Shown: positions 43,405 through 52,701, numbered from the stretch's first letter. The stretch is 64,000 nucleotides of DNA from an uncultured Lachnospiraceae bacterium (GCA_964584475.1 CAZPAF010000005.1:13998-77997); one strand, 5' to 3'. Numbers and translations are program-made. Notes: generated by a model from the letters alone, not told the origin.

Positions 43405-44019
43405 GTGAAAGTATTATTTGCAACAACAAATCCAGCAAAAGTTGGAAAATATAAAGAAGCTTTAAAAGAAAAAAATATAGAATTAATAACATTAAAAGAC
43501 TTAGACTTAAATTTACATGTTGAAGAAACAGGAAAAAACTGTATGGAAAATGCTTTAATAAAAGCAAAAGCTTATTATGAAGCAACAGGGATAATTTCAA
43601 TTGGAATGGATAACTCTTTATTTATTGAAGAACTACCAGAAGAAAAACAACCAGGAACACATGTAAGAAGAGTGGCAGGAAAAGAACTTTCTGATGAAGA
43701 AATGATTGAATATTATACAGGCTTAGTAAAAGAATATGGTGGAAAACTTACTGCTAAATGGGTATATGGAATGGTTGTATATGGAGAACATGGAGCTAAA
43801 GAGTATACATGGAGCAAAAGTCATTTTTATTTTGTAGATACAGCATCAAATAAAAGAAATCCTGGATATCCTTTAGATTCAATTGCGATAATTCCAGAAT
43901 TTAATAAATATTTAGTAGAATTAACAGATGAAGAAAAACATAGCAATAAAAGAGAAGATGGAAATAAAGATGATATGGTAGTTGATTTTATTGCAAAATC
44001 TGCTTTTAATGAAAATTAA
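43405..44019 (+). CDS. Second HAM1/RdgB-like non-canonical NTP pyrophosphatase paralog (divergent)
   Basis: GTG start 7 nt after AAGGAG. VLFATTNPAKVGKYKEAL, VEETGKNCMENALIKAKAYY, SIGMDNSLFIEEL...QPGTHVRR. Confidence 0.7.
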   Translation: MKVLFATTNPAKVGKYKEALKEKNIELITLKDLDLNLHVEETGKNCMENALIKAKAYYEATGIISIGMDNSLFIEELPEEKQPGTHVRRVAGKELSDEEMIEYYTGLVKEYGGKLTAKWVYGMVVYGEHGAKEYTWSKSHFYFVDTASNKRNPGYPLDSIAIIPEFNKYLVELTDEEKHSNKREDGNKDDMVVDFIAKSAFNEN

Positions 44020-44062
44020 TTATTTAAGATAGAATGTAAAAGAACAAAAGCTAGGAGAAAAA

Positions 44063-45346
44063 ATGAAAAAAGATAAATATAAAATTATATTAATTTTAAT
44101 ATTTTTGCTTGCAATATTAACAAGAATTGTTTTTGTAAATAAAACTGATATTGCTACATTCCAATTTGATGTGGGAATCCAAGATGATCATTCTAATCCT
44201 ATTGATTATGAAGGATTATATGAAAATTTTGATAAAGATTATAATGAAGGAAGACATATAAATTACATTATGCAATTATATACTTATGGTAGTCTTCCAA
44301 GCAAAATTATAGGGCAATTTTATCATCCACCACTACATCATTTTATAATAGCAATGAGTTTAAAAGTAATGGATATCTTTTCAGAATCAGCAAGCTTTAA
44401 ATTTGAAAGTATGCAATTTGTTACTTTAATTTATTCTATTATAATTTTAATTACTTTATATAAAATATTAGAAGAATTAAATTTAAGCAGTAAAAACAAA
44501 ATATTACCAATGCTAATGTTTGCATGTTATCCATTATATATTTATTTGTCAGGATCAATAAATAATGATGAATTAGTAACAATGTTTGCTTTGATATGTC
44601 TATTGTATTTAATGAAATGGAAAAAGGAACAAAGCTTTAAAAATACAATAATAATTGCTAGCACAATTGGTTTAGGATTGATGACAAAATCATCAATGTA
44701 TGTAATGATTATTCCAGCTGTATATGTATATTTTAAAGTTTTAGGTGAATATGTAAGTTCTGATAAAAAGGCAGGAAAATTGTTATTAGAATTATTAATA
44801 TTTACAATAATAGCTGTTGTACTTGGATTTTGGTTCCAAATTAGAAGTTATATGAATGGATTAGATACTTTGGGAATTATAGAACCTTATGAATATTTAA
44901 GTATTGCAAATAAAAGTATTGTAGAAAGATTTGGTTTTGTAAATCCATTTACAATGAGTGATGTAAATATATGGAATAATTTAATGTATACATCAATAAA
45001 TTTTGGAATATTATCTGTGAATTCTGTATATATGAATATTATGATTGTTTTATTGATTTCTATAGTAATAGATGTACTATATTATTTGTTTAAAAATTTT
45101 GAAAAAGATAAAATATTAATGGTTACATTTTTTGCATGGTGGGCGTTTTATTTCTTTTTAAATATTCAAATGCCTTATACTTGTTCAATGCATTCAAGAT
45201 ATATGTTAGTACCAATATCTATTGCGACAATAATTCTTGCAAAAGGACTAGAAAATGAAAAAAATAAAATGATAAAAACTCAAATTTATATATCTACAAT
45301 AAGTATTTGTATAATGAGCTTAGGATTATTTTGGTTTATAATTTAA
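44063..45346 (+). CDS. Polytopic GT-C-type glycosyltransferase (GT39/PMT_2, ArnT-like)
   Basis: About 11 TM segments. The first extracytoplasmic loop has acidic residues, followed by the YHPPLHHF motif typical of PMT_2/ArnT-like enzymes. Confidence 0.6.
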   Translation: MKKDKYKIILILIFLLAILTRIVFVNKTDIATFQFDVGIQDDHSNPIDYEGLYENFDKDYNEGRHINYIMQLYTYGSLPSKIIGQFYHPPLHHFIIAMSLKVMDIFSESASFKFESMQFVTLIYSIIILITLYKILEELNLSSKNKILPMLMFACYPLYIYLSGSINNDELVTMFALICLLYLMKWKKEQSFKNTIIIASTIGLGLMTKSSMYVMIIPAVYVYFKVLGEYVSSDKKAGKLLLELLIFTIIAVVLGFWFQIRSYMNGLDTLGIIEPYEYLSIANKSIVERFGFVNPFTMSDVNIWNNLMYTSINFGILSVNSVYMNIMIVLLISIVIDVLYYLFKNFEKDKILMVTFFAWWAFYFFLNIQMPYTCSMHSRYMLVPISIATIILAKGLENEKNKMIKTQIYISTISICIMSLGLFWFII

Positions 45347-45352
45347 ATTAAG

Positions 45353-45384
45353 AGAAGTTGTATTTTAAATGCAACTTCTTTTTA
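45353..45384 (+). terminator. Intrinsic terminator
   Basis: AGAAGTTG (45353-45360) pairs with CAACTTCT (45372-45379), followed by T5. Confidence 0.55.
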
Positions 45385-45515
45385 ATTATATATAATTCTA
45401 TTTTGCTTTTTTGATTTTGGAGTTCACGAAAAGTTTACAAACATTTAATATTATTTTAATAATGTATATATATAATCAAACCAGAAAAACAAAAGAAAGG
45501 ATAAAAGGTGATTGG

Positions 45516-46265
45516 ATGATACAAAATGAAAAAGAAGAAGGAGAGTACTTAATAAACATAGAAAATAGTTTAGTTCATGATGAACTAATAGATATAAATG
45601 ATCAAAATTTTGGAAAGATGATGTTTTTATATAATTCAGCTTTAAAAGAAATAAAAACGAAAATAGAAATCTTACAAGAAGAACTTAAAATATTTTCAGA
45701 ATATGAACCAATAGAATATATTACCACGAGAATAAAAAAGCCAGAAACAATTTTAGAAAAATTAAAAAGAAAAAATTTAGCATTAACATATGGGAATATG
45801 TTTCAAGAAATAAATGATATCGCTGGAATTAGATTGGTTTGTAATTTCAAAAAAGATGTATATAAATTAGTTGAAATTATAGAAAATTTCCAAGATATTA
45901 GAATATTAAATAAAAAAGATTATATGAAAAAGCCTAAGAAAAGTGGTTATATGAGTTACCACTTAATAGTAGAAGTACCAGTAAACTTCTCTTCAGGAAT
46001 AATGTATGTAAAAGTTGAAATGCAACTTCGTACCTTAGCAATGGATTTCTGGGCTAGCTTAGAACATAAGTTAAAATATAAGAATTCTAAGATCACAAAA
46101 ACAGAATCAAATAATTTAATCAAATACGCAAAAGTAATAAATAATATTGATGAAAGTATGCTTACTATTTCAAATAGATTAGAAGAGGAAGAAAAACAAA
46201 ACTTTTTAATAGAAGCGGCTGACAGTAAAGATAAAACTAAGAAGAAAATATTTTTTAAATTATAA
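45516..46265 (+). CDS. Small alarmone synthetase (RelP/RelQ-type GTP pyrophosphokinase, RelA_SpoT synthetase domain only)
   Basis: Likely start ATG 45516 (MIQNEKEE). RIKKPETILEKLKRK, DIAGIRLVC, SGYMSYHLIVEVPV, VEMQLRTLAMDFWASLEHKLKYK. Confidence 0.85.
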   Translation: MIQNEKEEGEYLINIENSLVHDELIDINDQNFGKMMFLYNSALKEIKTKIEILQEELKIFSEYEPIEYITTRIKKPETILEKLKRKNLALTYGNMFQEINDIAGIRLVCNFKKDVYKLVEIIENFQDIRILNKKDYMKKPKKSGYMSYHLIVEVPVNFSSGIMYVKVEMQLRTLAMDFWASLEHKLKYKNSKITKTESNNLIKYAKVINNIDESMLTISNRLEEEEKQNFLIEAADSKDKTKKKIFFKL

Positions 46266-46273
46266 TTTAAAGA

Positions 46274-46305
46274 GGAGATAATTCATTGATAATTATCTCC
46301 TTTTA
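46274..46305 (+). terminator. Intrinsic terminator
   Basis: GGAGATAATT (46274-46283) pairs with AATTATCTCC (46291-46300), followed by TTTT. Confidence 0.7.
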
Positions 46306-46347
46306 TGATATCGTATTTATATAAAATTTGCCAAAGGAGAATGGAAT

Positions 46348-47124
46348 ATGAAAAAAGCATTTAAAGTCTTGATATTTATAGTAATATTAGTGCTTATAGT
46401 TTTTGTAGGAATATATTTTAAAAATAATTCCTTTGGTAAAGAAAAATTGAATATAGGAAAAGAAAAATTAAGATTAGTAGTTATTGGAATATGGGATTTT
46501 CAAGAAATATTAGCAGTAGATGAGAATGGAAATTTATTGCGAGTACAATTAAAAGAATTAAAACTTTGGAATGAGATGGATAAATTCGAAAGAGGGCAAG
46601 AAATAGAAATTTATTATGATGGAGTTATTACAGAAACATATCCAGGTAAAATTACTAATGTATCAAGTTATAAAATATTAAAAGAAAAGTCAGATATTGA
46701 AATACCAGAAGAAGTAAAAAAACGTTATGACAATAGTACAGCAAATGTTATGGTACATGTTCGAAATATTTCAAATGAGAAACTAGAATTTAGAATTTTA
46801 GATACTAATGAAATTTCTTATAAATATGATTTTGATTACAGTCTATCCAAGAAAAATGAAGAGAAAAACATCTTTGAAAAAATTGAACCAACTGTAAATA
46901 TTACTATGGATGAAGTGATAGAAATAGTAGATTCTACTCCAGGACATTTTGATATGGAAGGTAAAATTGATTGGACTGATATATATGGAATGTTAAACCC
47001 GGGAGAATATCAATTTATTCTAAAAAACAAAGAAAGAGAGATTCATTTTGAAATTATAGAATTTAATTTTGTTGTTGAAGAAAACGGAAAGGCAATATGC
47101 AATCCGCCAGAATTTGGTTGGTAA
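46348..47124 (+). CDS. Signal-anchored secreted protein, paralog A (N-terminal DUF3221-like domain plus an Ig-like C-terminal domain; tentative)
   Basis: N-terminal TM. QEIEIYYDGVITETYPGKITNV...YKILKEKSDIEIPEEV, C-terminal IDWTDIYGMLNPGEYQF...ENGKAICNPPEFGW. Clear paralogy to the next gene. Confidence 0.7.
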   Translation: MKKAFKVLIFIVILVLIVFVGIYFKNNSFGKEKLNIGKEKLRLVVIGIWDFQEILAVDENGNLLRVQLKELKLWNEMDKFERGQEIEIYYDGVITETYPGKITNVSSYKILKEKSDIEIPEEVKKRYDNSTANVMVHVRNISNEKLEFRILDTNEISYKYDFDYSLSKKNEEKNIFEKIEPTVNITMDEVIEIVDSTPGHFDMEGKIDWTDIYGMLNPGEYQFILKNKEREIHFEIIEFNFVVEENGKAICNPPEFGW

Positions 47125-47147
47125 AATAGTAAAGGAGAAAATGTAAT

Positions 47148-48002
47148 ATGAAGAAAAATGTAAAAATTTTTATAACTTTATTTTTTATACTTGTTTTAGT
47201 AATATGTGGAATTCAAATTTATAAACGAGCAGGATACTATACAATGAAATTAATTGTTGTAAATGTAGAAGGAAAAAGATTAGAAACAATGGATTATAAT
47301 GAAAAATTATTTTCAGTTTCAATAAAAGATGGAGATACAAGTGATTTTAAACAAGGACAAGAAGTTTTGATTTATTATGATGGAGTTGTTGCTACTACTT
47401 ATCCAGGACAAATTACAGCTGATAATGTTGAAATTTTAAAAGAAAAATCAAATAAAGAAATCCCAGTTGAAGTATTAAGATATTGGAATTTTTCCTCAAA
47501 AAACATTTCAGCTAAAATAGAAGAAATTTCAAGCAAAGGAATAACATTTAAAATAACAGATTTAAATGAAGTTCCTTTAGATTATGGAAATGCTTATGAA
47601 TATTCTGTTGTTAAGAAAAATATAGAAAATGAAGAATATAATCAAAATTTAGAATTTGATTATGATGCATATACTCCTCCTGTGACAACAGATACTTATT
47701 CTGCAACGTCTTCATATAGTCCAGATCCTGATAGATTAAAGAAAGTTTGGGAAGAACCTGAATTAATTGGTAATGAATCAGAGAAAAATTGTAATTGGGA
47801 TAGTATTCTAGATGATGGAACAATTTTTGTTGGAAAAAGTGATTGGACAAATTTATATGGAGAACTTGAAGAGGGAGAATACCAATTTGAAGCTTATCGA
47901 AAACCAACAAAAGAAGACTCATTTTTTCAATGTGTTTTAGTGGATTTTACGATTGATGAAAACGGAAATATTACTTATGAAGAACCAGAGTTTAGTTTTT
48001 AA
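47148..48002 (+). CDS. Signal-anchored secreted protein, paralog B
   Basis: QEVLIYYDGVVATTYPGQITADNVEILKEKSNKEIPVEV, SDWTNLYGELEEGEYQF...ENGNITYEEPEFSF. Confidence 0.7.
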   Translation: MKKNVKIFITLFFILVLVICGIQIYKRAGYYTMKLIVVNVEGKRLETMDYNEKLFSVSIKDGDTSDFKQGQEVLIYYDGVVATTYPGQITADNVEILKEKSNKEIPVEVLRYWNFSSKNISAKIEEISSKGITFKITDLNEVPLDYGNAYEYSVVKKNIENEEYNQNLEFDYDAYTPPVTTDTYSATSSYSPDPDRLKKVWEEPELIGNESEKNCNWDSILDDGTIFVGKSDWTNLYGELEEGEYQFEAYRKPTKEDSFFQCVLVDFTIDENGNITYEEPEFSF

Positions 48003-48041
48003 ATTTTATAAAAGGAGTAAAGATATAAATAAATATCTTAA

Positions 48042-48836
48042 GTGAATAAAATGATAGACATAGTAAAAGCAGAAAAAGCATTTAAAGAATATTTAAAAGA
48101 ATATGATACTGAAAGTGAAAAAGTTGCTTTAAAAGTAACTCATACTTATGGTGTTGTAAAAGCAAGTGAATACTTAGCAAAAGAATTAAATTTGAGTGAG
48201 GAAGATACAAATCTTTCAAGATTAATTGCACTTCTTCATGATATTGGTCGTTTTGAACAATCAAAAGGAAATAGTGACGTGTATGATAATGCGGATAGCT
48301 TATTGTTTGATCATGCAGTATATGGTTGTAAAGTATTGTTTGAAGACAATATGATAAGAAGATTTATAGAAGATGATAAATATGACAACATTATTTATAA
48401 AGCAATCTTAAATCATAATAGAATTTCTATTGAAGAGGGACTTTCTGAAAAAGAATTGTTACACGCTAAATTAATTAGAGATAATGATAAAACTGATAAT
48501 TTTAGAGTAAAGCTAACAGAAAGTTTTAAAGTATTGCTTGGAACTGATGATATAAATTTTATAGAAAACGAAAAAATATCTGATGATATATACGAAACTT
48601 TTATGAATAAATCACTTATAAAATATGGTGATGCGCAAACTTGTTTAGATAGATGGAGTGCGTATATTGCGTTCATATTTGATTATAATTTTGATGAATC
48701 ATTAAGATATTTAAAAGAAAATGATTTAATAAATAAATGCTTTAATAGAATTAATTATAAAAATCCAGAAACAATTGCGAAAATTTCTAATATGAGAAAT
48801 TTAGCGATTAATTTTGTGGAAGAAAAATGTAAATAA
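48042..48836 (+). CDS. HD-domain metal-dependent phosphohydrolase
   Basis: VTHTYGVV...ALLHDIGRFEQ...FDHAVYG...ILNHNR...LIRDNDKTDNF. The start is uncertain (GTG 48042 or ATG 48051). Confidence 0.75.
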   Translation: MNKMIDIVKAEKAFKEYLKEYDTESEKVALKVTHTYGVVKASEYLAKELNLSEEDTNLSRLIALLHDIGRFEQSKGNSDVYDNADSLLFDHAVYGCKVLFEDNMIRRFIEDDKYDNIIYKAILNHNRISIEEGLSEKELLHAKLIRDNDKTDNFRVKLTESFKVLLGTDDINFIENEKISDDIYETFMNKSLIKYGDAQTCLDRWSAYIAFIFDYNFDESLRYLKENDLINKCFNRINYKNPETIAKISNMRNLAINFVEEKCK

Positions 48837-48841
48837 AAATG

Positions 48842-48872
48842 GAGCTACTTTGCGCATAAAAGTAGCTCTTTT
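48842..48872 (+). terminator. Intrinsic terminator
   Basis: GAGCTACTT (48842-48850) pairs with AAGTAGCTC (48860-48868), followed by TTTT. Confidence 0.7.
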
Positions 48873-48978
48873 AATATATTTTTTATATAATTTATAGCTT
48901 ATTTTATGCTACGGAATGAATATTTACAGGATTTTTGAATAAATTCACAAGAAATTTACATAATTTGGTAAGTTTTGC

Positions 48979-49007
48979 TTGAAATGAAGCCTGTTTTCTG
49001 CTATAAT
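48979..49007 (+). promoter_or_regulatory. Sigma-A-type promoter with extended -10 (TTGAAA-17 nt-TGcTATAAT) for the deaminase fusion gene
   Basis: TTGAAA 48979-48984 and TATAAT 49002-49007, with TG at 48999-49000. Confidence 0.5.
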
Positions 49008-49058
49008 ATAGAATTAACAAGTTGAAAAAATAAAAGGAAAAGGAGAGTGTTTATAATA

Positions 49059-51575
49059 ATGAAAAAATTAACATATGTTAATAAGTTCTACATGGATAAA
49101 GAAAAAGATGTTGTAGTTGAATTATATAGAGGTAAAGTACCTGACGAACTTACATATATTATAAGAACTCCTAACCATAAAAGTGGAAATTTAATTTCAA
49201 ATTTAGCAAGAATTTCTGGATTAGAAGAACAAAGAGATCCAGAAAATGGTTTAAAAATAATTAAAGGTGTTATTCCGGCTTCAATAAATGCAGATAATGA
49301 AGATGTATATATTTTTAGATTAGGACCAATCAAAGTTGCAAATATATATGAAAACAGAATTGAAGTAAAAGCAAAAATACCTGCGATTTCAAAAACTTTA
49401 ATGTCTCAAACAAAAGACTATAAATTTGATATCAAGAAAACAATTGTAAAATCTTATATTTTTAAAAAATCAAAATTTAAAACAGATTTACATACACATA
49501 TGAATGCAAACTTAACTCCAGATGTATTAATTGCACTTGGAATTGTTCATCAAGCAAAATATCCTTTATACTATATTAAAAAATTAAATTTAAAAATGAC
49601 TAAAAAACAAGAAAAAGCTGTAATGGCATCTAGAAAATTAGTTGAAAAAGAATATGAAAACAGTGGTTTAGAAGGAAAATATTTAACAAGAAAAATTGAT
49701 GATAATACTTTTATAAATTTTGCAGATTTCATATTAAACAACTTAGATAATGCAGAAGAAAATATTTCAAAAATAAGAACAAGTTTAGCTCTTTTAAAAG
49801 ATGGTCAATCGGTATTTACAAACTTAGAGAAAGTTTATATTTACAGATACGTATTTTGTAAAGCTAAAGTTTCGGATGAAAAAATAAAATTAAGCATGAA
49901 AAAAATAGAAGCTATTCCAGAAAAGGATATAGTAGCTTATGTTAAAAAAATATTAGATGATAAAAAAGAAGGAAGTCCATATAAAAATAATTCTTTAAGA
50001 CAAGATAAATATTTATGGATTGCAAGAGAATATCAAAAACAACATATTTCATATACAGAAATTGCTGATACAGATTTAACAAAACCAGGAGAACCAGCAA
50101 TCAAACTATTAGAAGAAGTACACGAATTATTTCCAAAATTAGAAGCAGAAACAGGAGTTTCAATTAGACTTTTAGTAGGATTAAGAAGAGTTCCTCTTAC
50201 AATAATAAGAGATCAAAAAACAGCAAGTAATTATTTAAGAGAAAACTTAGATGTATTAAAAGCAGTTGCCAAAAGTCCTTATGTAGTAGGTAGTGATTTT
50301 ATTGGTGAAGAAATAAATGATATAGCTGATTTAAAACCAGTTATTAATGAATTAGTTCAATATGCGGTAACAGAAGACGAAGGATTTACAGTTAGAATTC
50401 ATGCTGGTGAAAATGATTGCTTAAGAGATAATGTTGCAAAATCAATAGAATGTATAAAAGAAGCATTAAAACCAGGACAAAAAATGCCAAGATTTAGATT
50501 AGGTCATGGATTATATACAGCTGATTTAAATACTAAAGAAGGTAAAACTTTAATGAAAGAAATGGTTAAAACAAAAGCTGTTTTAGAATTTCAATTAACA
50601 TCAAATGTTAGATTAAACAATTTAACAGATATCCAAAGACACCCATTAAAACAATACTTAGAAGCAGGTGTTAGATGTGTTCAAGGTACAGATGGATGTG
50701 GATTCTATGGAAGTGATACAATTGATGAACAATTAGCTCTTCATAATTTAATTGGATTAGATGATGAAGATTTTGCTAAAATGAGAAAAGTAGAAGATGA
50801 AATAATCGAAGATAGAAAAAAATACTTTGAAGAAAAATCAAAAAGATTTGAAGAATTTTTAGCAGGAAGAACATTAAGAGAAGCAATATTAGAATTAGAA
50901 GAAAAGAATTTAGAAGCAAGCAAAGATTCAACAGTTGAAATGAGAATTAGCAACAAATTAGATTCAGAATCTAAATTAAAAGGAAAAATTAAAATGTTTC
51001 CAGAAAATAAAATTCCAATTGTTATTGCAGGTGGGAGCTTTAATGCAAAAAATAGAGAAACAGTTCTTGATCAAAATGGAATAACAGCAATAAGAAGATT
51101 AGTAGAAAATTTAGATGATGAAAAAGTATATTTTGTTGTAGGACATAAAATGACAGGATATGAAAAGGCTGTTTTAGATGCAGCAAAAGAATTAAACAAA
51201 AACTTTGAAATAAATGCCATTGTTCCAAAAGAAGTTTCTGCTGAAGAAGTTGATAACATCTTAAAAGAAAATATAAATGGAATTAGAATTTCTACAGAAA
51301 GAGAAGAAATGGGAATTTACAAAAGCTTTAACTATGAAATATTTGAAAGAAGAAACTCTATAGTTGTAGCTTTTGATGGAAATTCACCAGTTTCAAATTT
51401 AGTTCAAGAAGCAAAAAATGGTAAAGGAAAAGCTAAAATATATGTAAATTCTGAAGTTGAAGCTTTAAAAGATAAAGCAAATTCACTTGGAGGATATGTA
51501 AAAGAATTTAAAGTAAAAGATGATTTAGCAAATGCAATATTTACAGATTATCCAGAGATAAAAATAAATGAATAA
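49059..51575 (+). CDS. Three-module protein: unknown ~150-aa N-domain, adenosine/AMP-deaminase-family domain, coiled-coil linker, and a C-terminal SLOG/LOG/YpsA-like Rossmannoid domain
   Basis: Likely start ATG 49059 (MKKLTYVN). Deaminase motifs appear in the canonical order: DLHTHMNANL, VVGSDFIGEE, RIHAGEN, RLGHGLY, LEFQLTSNV, CVQGTDGCGFY. C-terminus: IPIVIAGGSF...VYFVVGHKMTGYEKAVLDAAKE...NAIVPKE...SIVVAFDGNSPVSNLVQEA. Confidence 0.85.
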   Translation: MKKLTYVNKFYMDKEKDVVVELYRGKVPDELTYIIRTPNHKSGNLISNLARISGLEEQRDPENGLKIIKGVIPASINADNEDVYIFRLGPIKVANIYENRIEVKAKIPAISKTLMSQTKDYKFDIKKTIVKSYIFKKSKFKTDLHTHMNANLTPDVLIALGIVHQAKYPLYYIKKLNLKMTKKQEKAVMASRKLVEKEYENSGLEGKYLTRKIDDNTFINFADFILNNLDNAEENISKIRTSLALLKDGQSVFTNLEKVYIYRYVFCKAKVSDEKIKLSMKKIEAIPEKDIVAYVKKILDDKKEGSPYKNNSLRQDKYLWIAREYQKQHISYTEIADTDLTKPGEPAIKLLEEVHELFPKLEAETGVSIRLLVGLRRVPLTIIRDQKTASNYLRENLDVLKAVAKSPYVVGSDFIGEEINDIADLKPVINELVQYAVTEDEGFTVRIHAGENDCLRDNVAKSIECIKEALKPGQKMPRFRLGHGLYTADLNTKEGKTLMKEMVKTKAVLEFQLTSNVRLNNLTDIQRHPLKQYLEAGVRCVQGTDGCGFYGSDTIDEQLALHNLIGLDDEDFAKMRKVEDEIIEDRKKYFEEKSKRFEEFLAGRTLREAILELEEKNLEASKDSTVEMRISNKLDSESKLKGKIKMFPENKIPIVIAGGSFNAKNRETVLDQNGITAIRRLVENLDDEKVYFVVGHKMTGYEKAVLDAAKELNKNFEINAIVPKEVSAEEVDNILKENINGIRISTEREEMGIYKSFNYEIFERRNSIVVAFDGNSPVSNLVQEAKNGKGKAKIYVNSEVEALKDKANSLGGYVKEFKVKDDLANAIFTDYPEIKINE

Positions 51576-51591
51576 TTTAACAATTATATTT

Positions 51592-51621
51592 AGAAAGTAG
51601 CTTTTGCTACTTTCTTTTTTG
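51592..51621 (+). terminator. Intrinsic terminator
   Basis: AGAAAGTAGC (51592-51601) pairs with GCTACTTTCT (51606-51615), followed by T5. Confidence 0.75.
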
Positions 51622-51719
51622 TAAAATTTTGTCACACAAATGAGATATTGTTTTTCCTTAAAAACATTGAAATATTTTTTTTCTATTGATAAAATGTCAA
51701 AGAAGAGGTACATAAGATT

Positions 51720-52394
51720 ATGAGTTTTGTAGAAAATATAGAAATTTCAAATAATAATGAGAAAAATATAACTGAATATGATAATGCTTCAAATATTGCT
51801 ATGAACAGAGCTTTGTACATAAAAGTGCAAAACATTATTAAAGATGCAAAAATAAAAAAGTATGTAAAAGAAAGTTCTGAGATTTCTTCAGAAGGTATAA
51901 GTTTTTGGGGAAGTTTTACTGGAAAAAATTCTTTGCAATTAGAAAGAATGAGAAATGTAAAACTTAGAATTGAGCTTTTGCAATCTCAAAAAATAGAAAT
52001 AAAAGAAGAATACAAAGAAACTGAAATGATGGCAGATTTATATGTTTGCGCTATGTCTGAACTTGGTGGAAAATTTACAAATGAAATGCAAAATGTATAT
52101 AATCAAGTTAAAGAGTCTTGCAAAGGAGAAGTAACAGATGAAAAAATACAAGATATAGCATTAAGAAAAGCTGCTACTACTAATGTACAATCTTATTTAC
52201 CAATAATTCATCAAGAAAAAGCAAAAGGAATTTTTGGAGATATTAAAACTCAAATTGAATTTTATAAAATTGAAAATAGAAAATTAGAAAATCAAATAAT
52301 ACTAGAAAGAGGAAAAAGTCAATTTGGTACATTTGATTATGTTGGAAAAAATGCTGGAATAATAATTCCTACAAACATACAAACCAAACATTAA
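51720..52394 (+). CDS. Hypothetical protein (224 aa, helical and charged)
   Basis: Uninterrupted ORF in host composition. No motif recognised. Confidence 0.6.
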   Translation: MSFVENIEISNNNEKNITEYDNASNIAMNRALYIKVQNIIKDAKIKKYVKESSEISSEGISFWGSFTGKNSLQLERMRNVKLRIELLQSQKIEIKEEYKETEMMADLYVCAMSELGGKFTNEMQNVYNQVKESCKGEVTDEKIQDIALRKAATTNVQSYLPIIHQEKAKGIFGDIKTQIEFYKIENRKLENQIILERGKSQFGTFDYVGKNAGIIIPTNIQTKH

Positions 52395-52409
52395 AAATAC
52401 AAAAAATGC

Positions 52410-52438
52410 TTGACAAACATATAAATAGGTTGTATACT
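52410..52438 (+). promoter_or_regulatory. Sigma-A-type promoter candidate (TTGACA-17 nt-TATACT) for rpmF
   Basis: TTGACA 52410-52415 and TATACT 52433-52438. Confidence 0.45.
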
Positions 52439-52509
52439 ATTTTAGTAACTTTATGAAATAAATTTTATTTTGACATATATATAAAAGTCGCTAAAGGAGG
52501 GATTTTAAA

Positions 52510-52692
52510 ATGGCACAACCAAAAAGAAGATGGTCAAAAGCTAGAACAGGTTTAAAAAGATCAACATGGAAATTAGAAGAAGAAAACGTATCAACATGCT
52601 CTCACTGCCATCAACCAGTAAGACCACATACAGTATGTTCAAACTGTGGTTACTATGATGGAAAAGAAGTAATTGCTAAAAAAGCTGAATAA
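52510..52692 (+). CDS. rpmF: 50S ribosomal protein L32 (zinc-ribbon type)
   Basis: MAQPKRRWSKARTGLKRS...CSHCHQPVRPHTVCSNCGYYDGKEV. Confidence 0.95.
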   Translation: MAQPKRRWSKARTGLKRSTWKLEEENVSTCSHCHQPVRPHTVCSNCGYYDGKEVIAKKAE

Positions 52693-52701
52693 TTAACGTT
52701 T

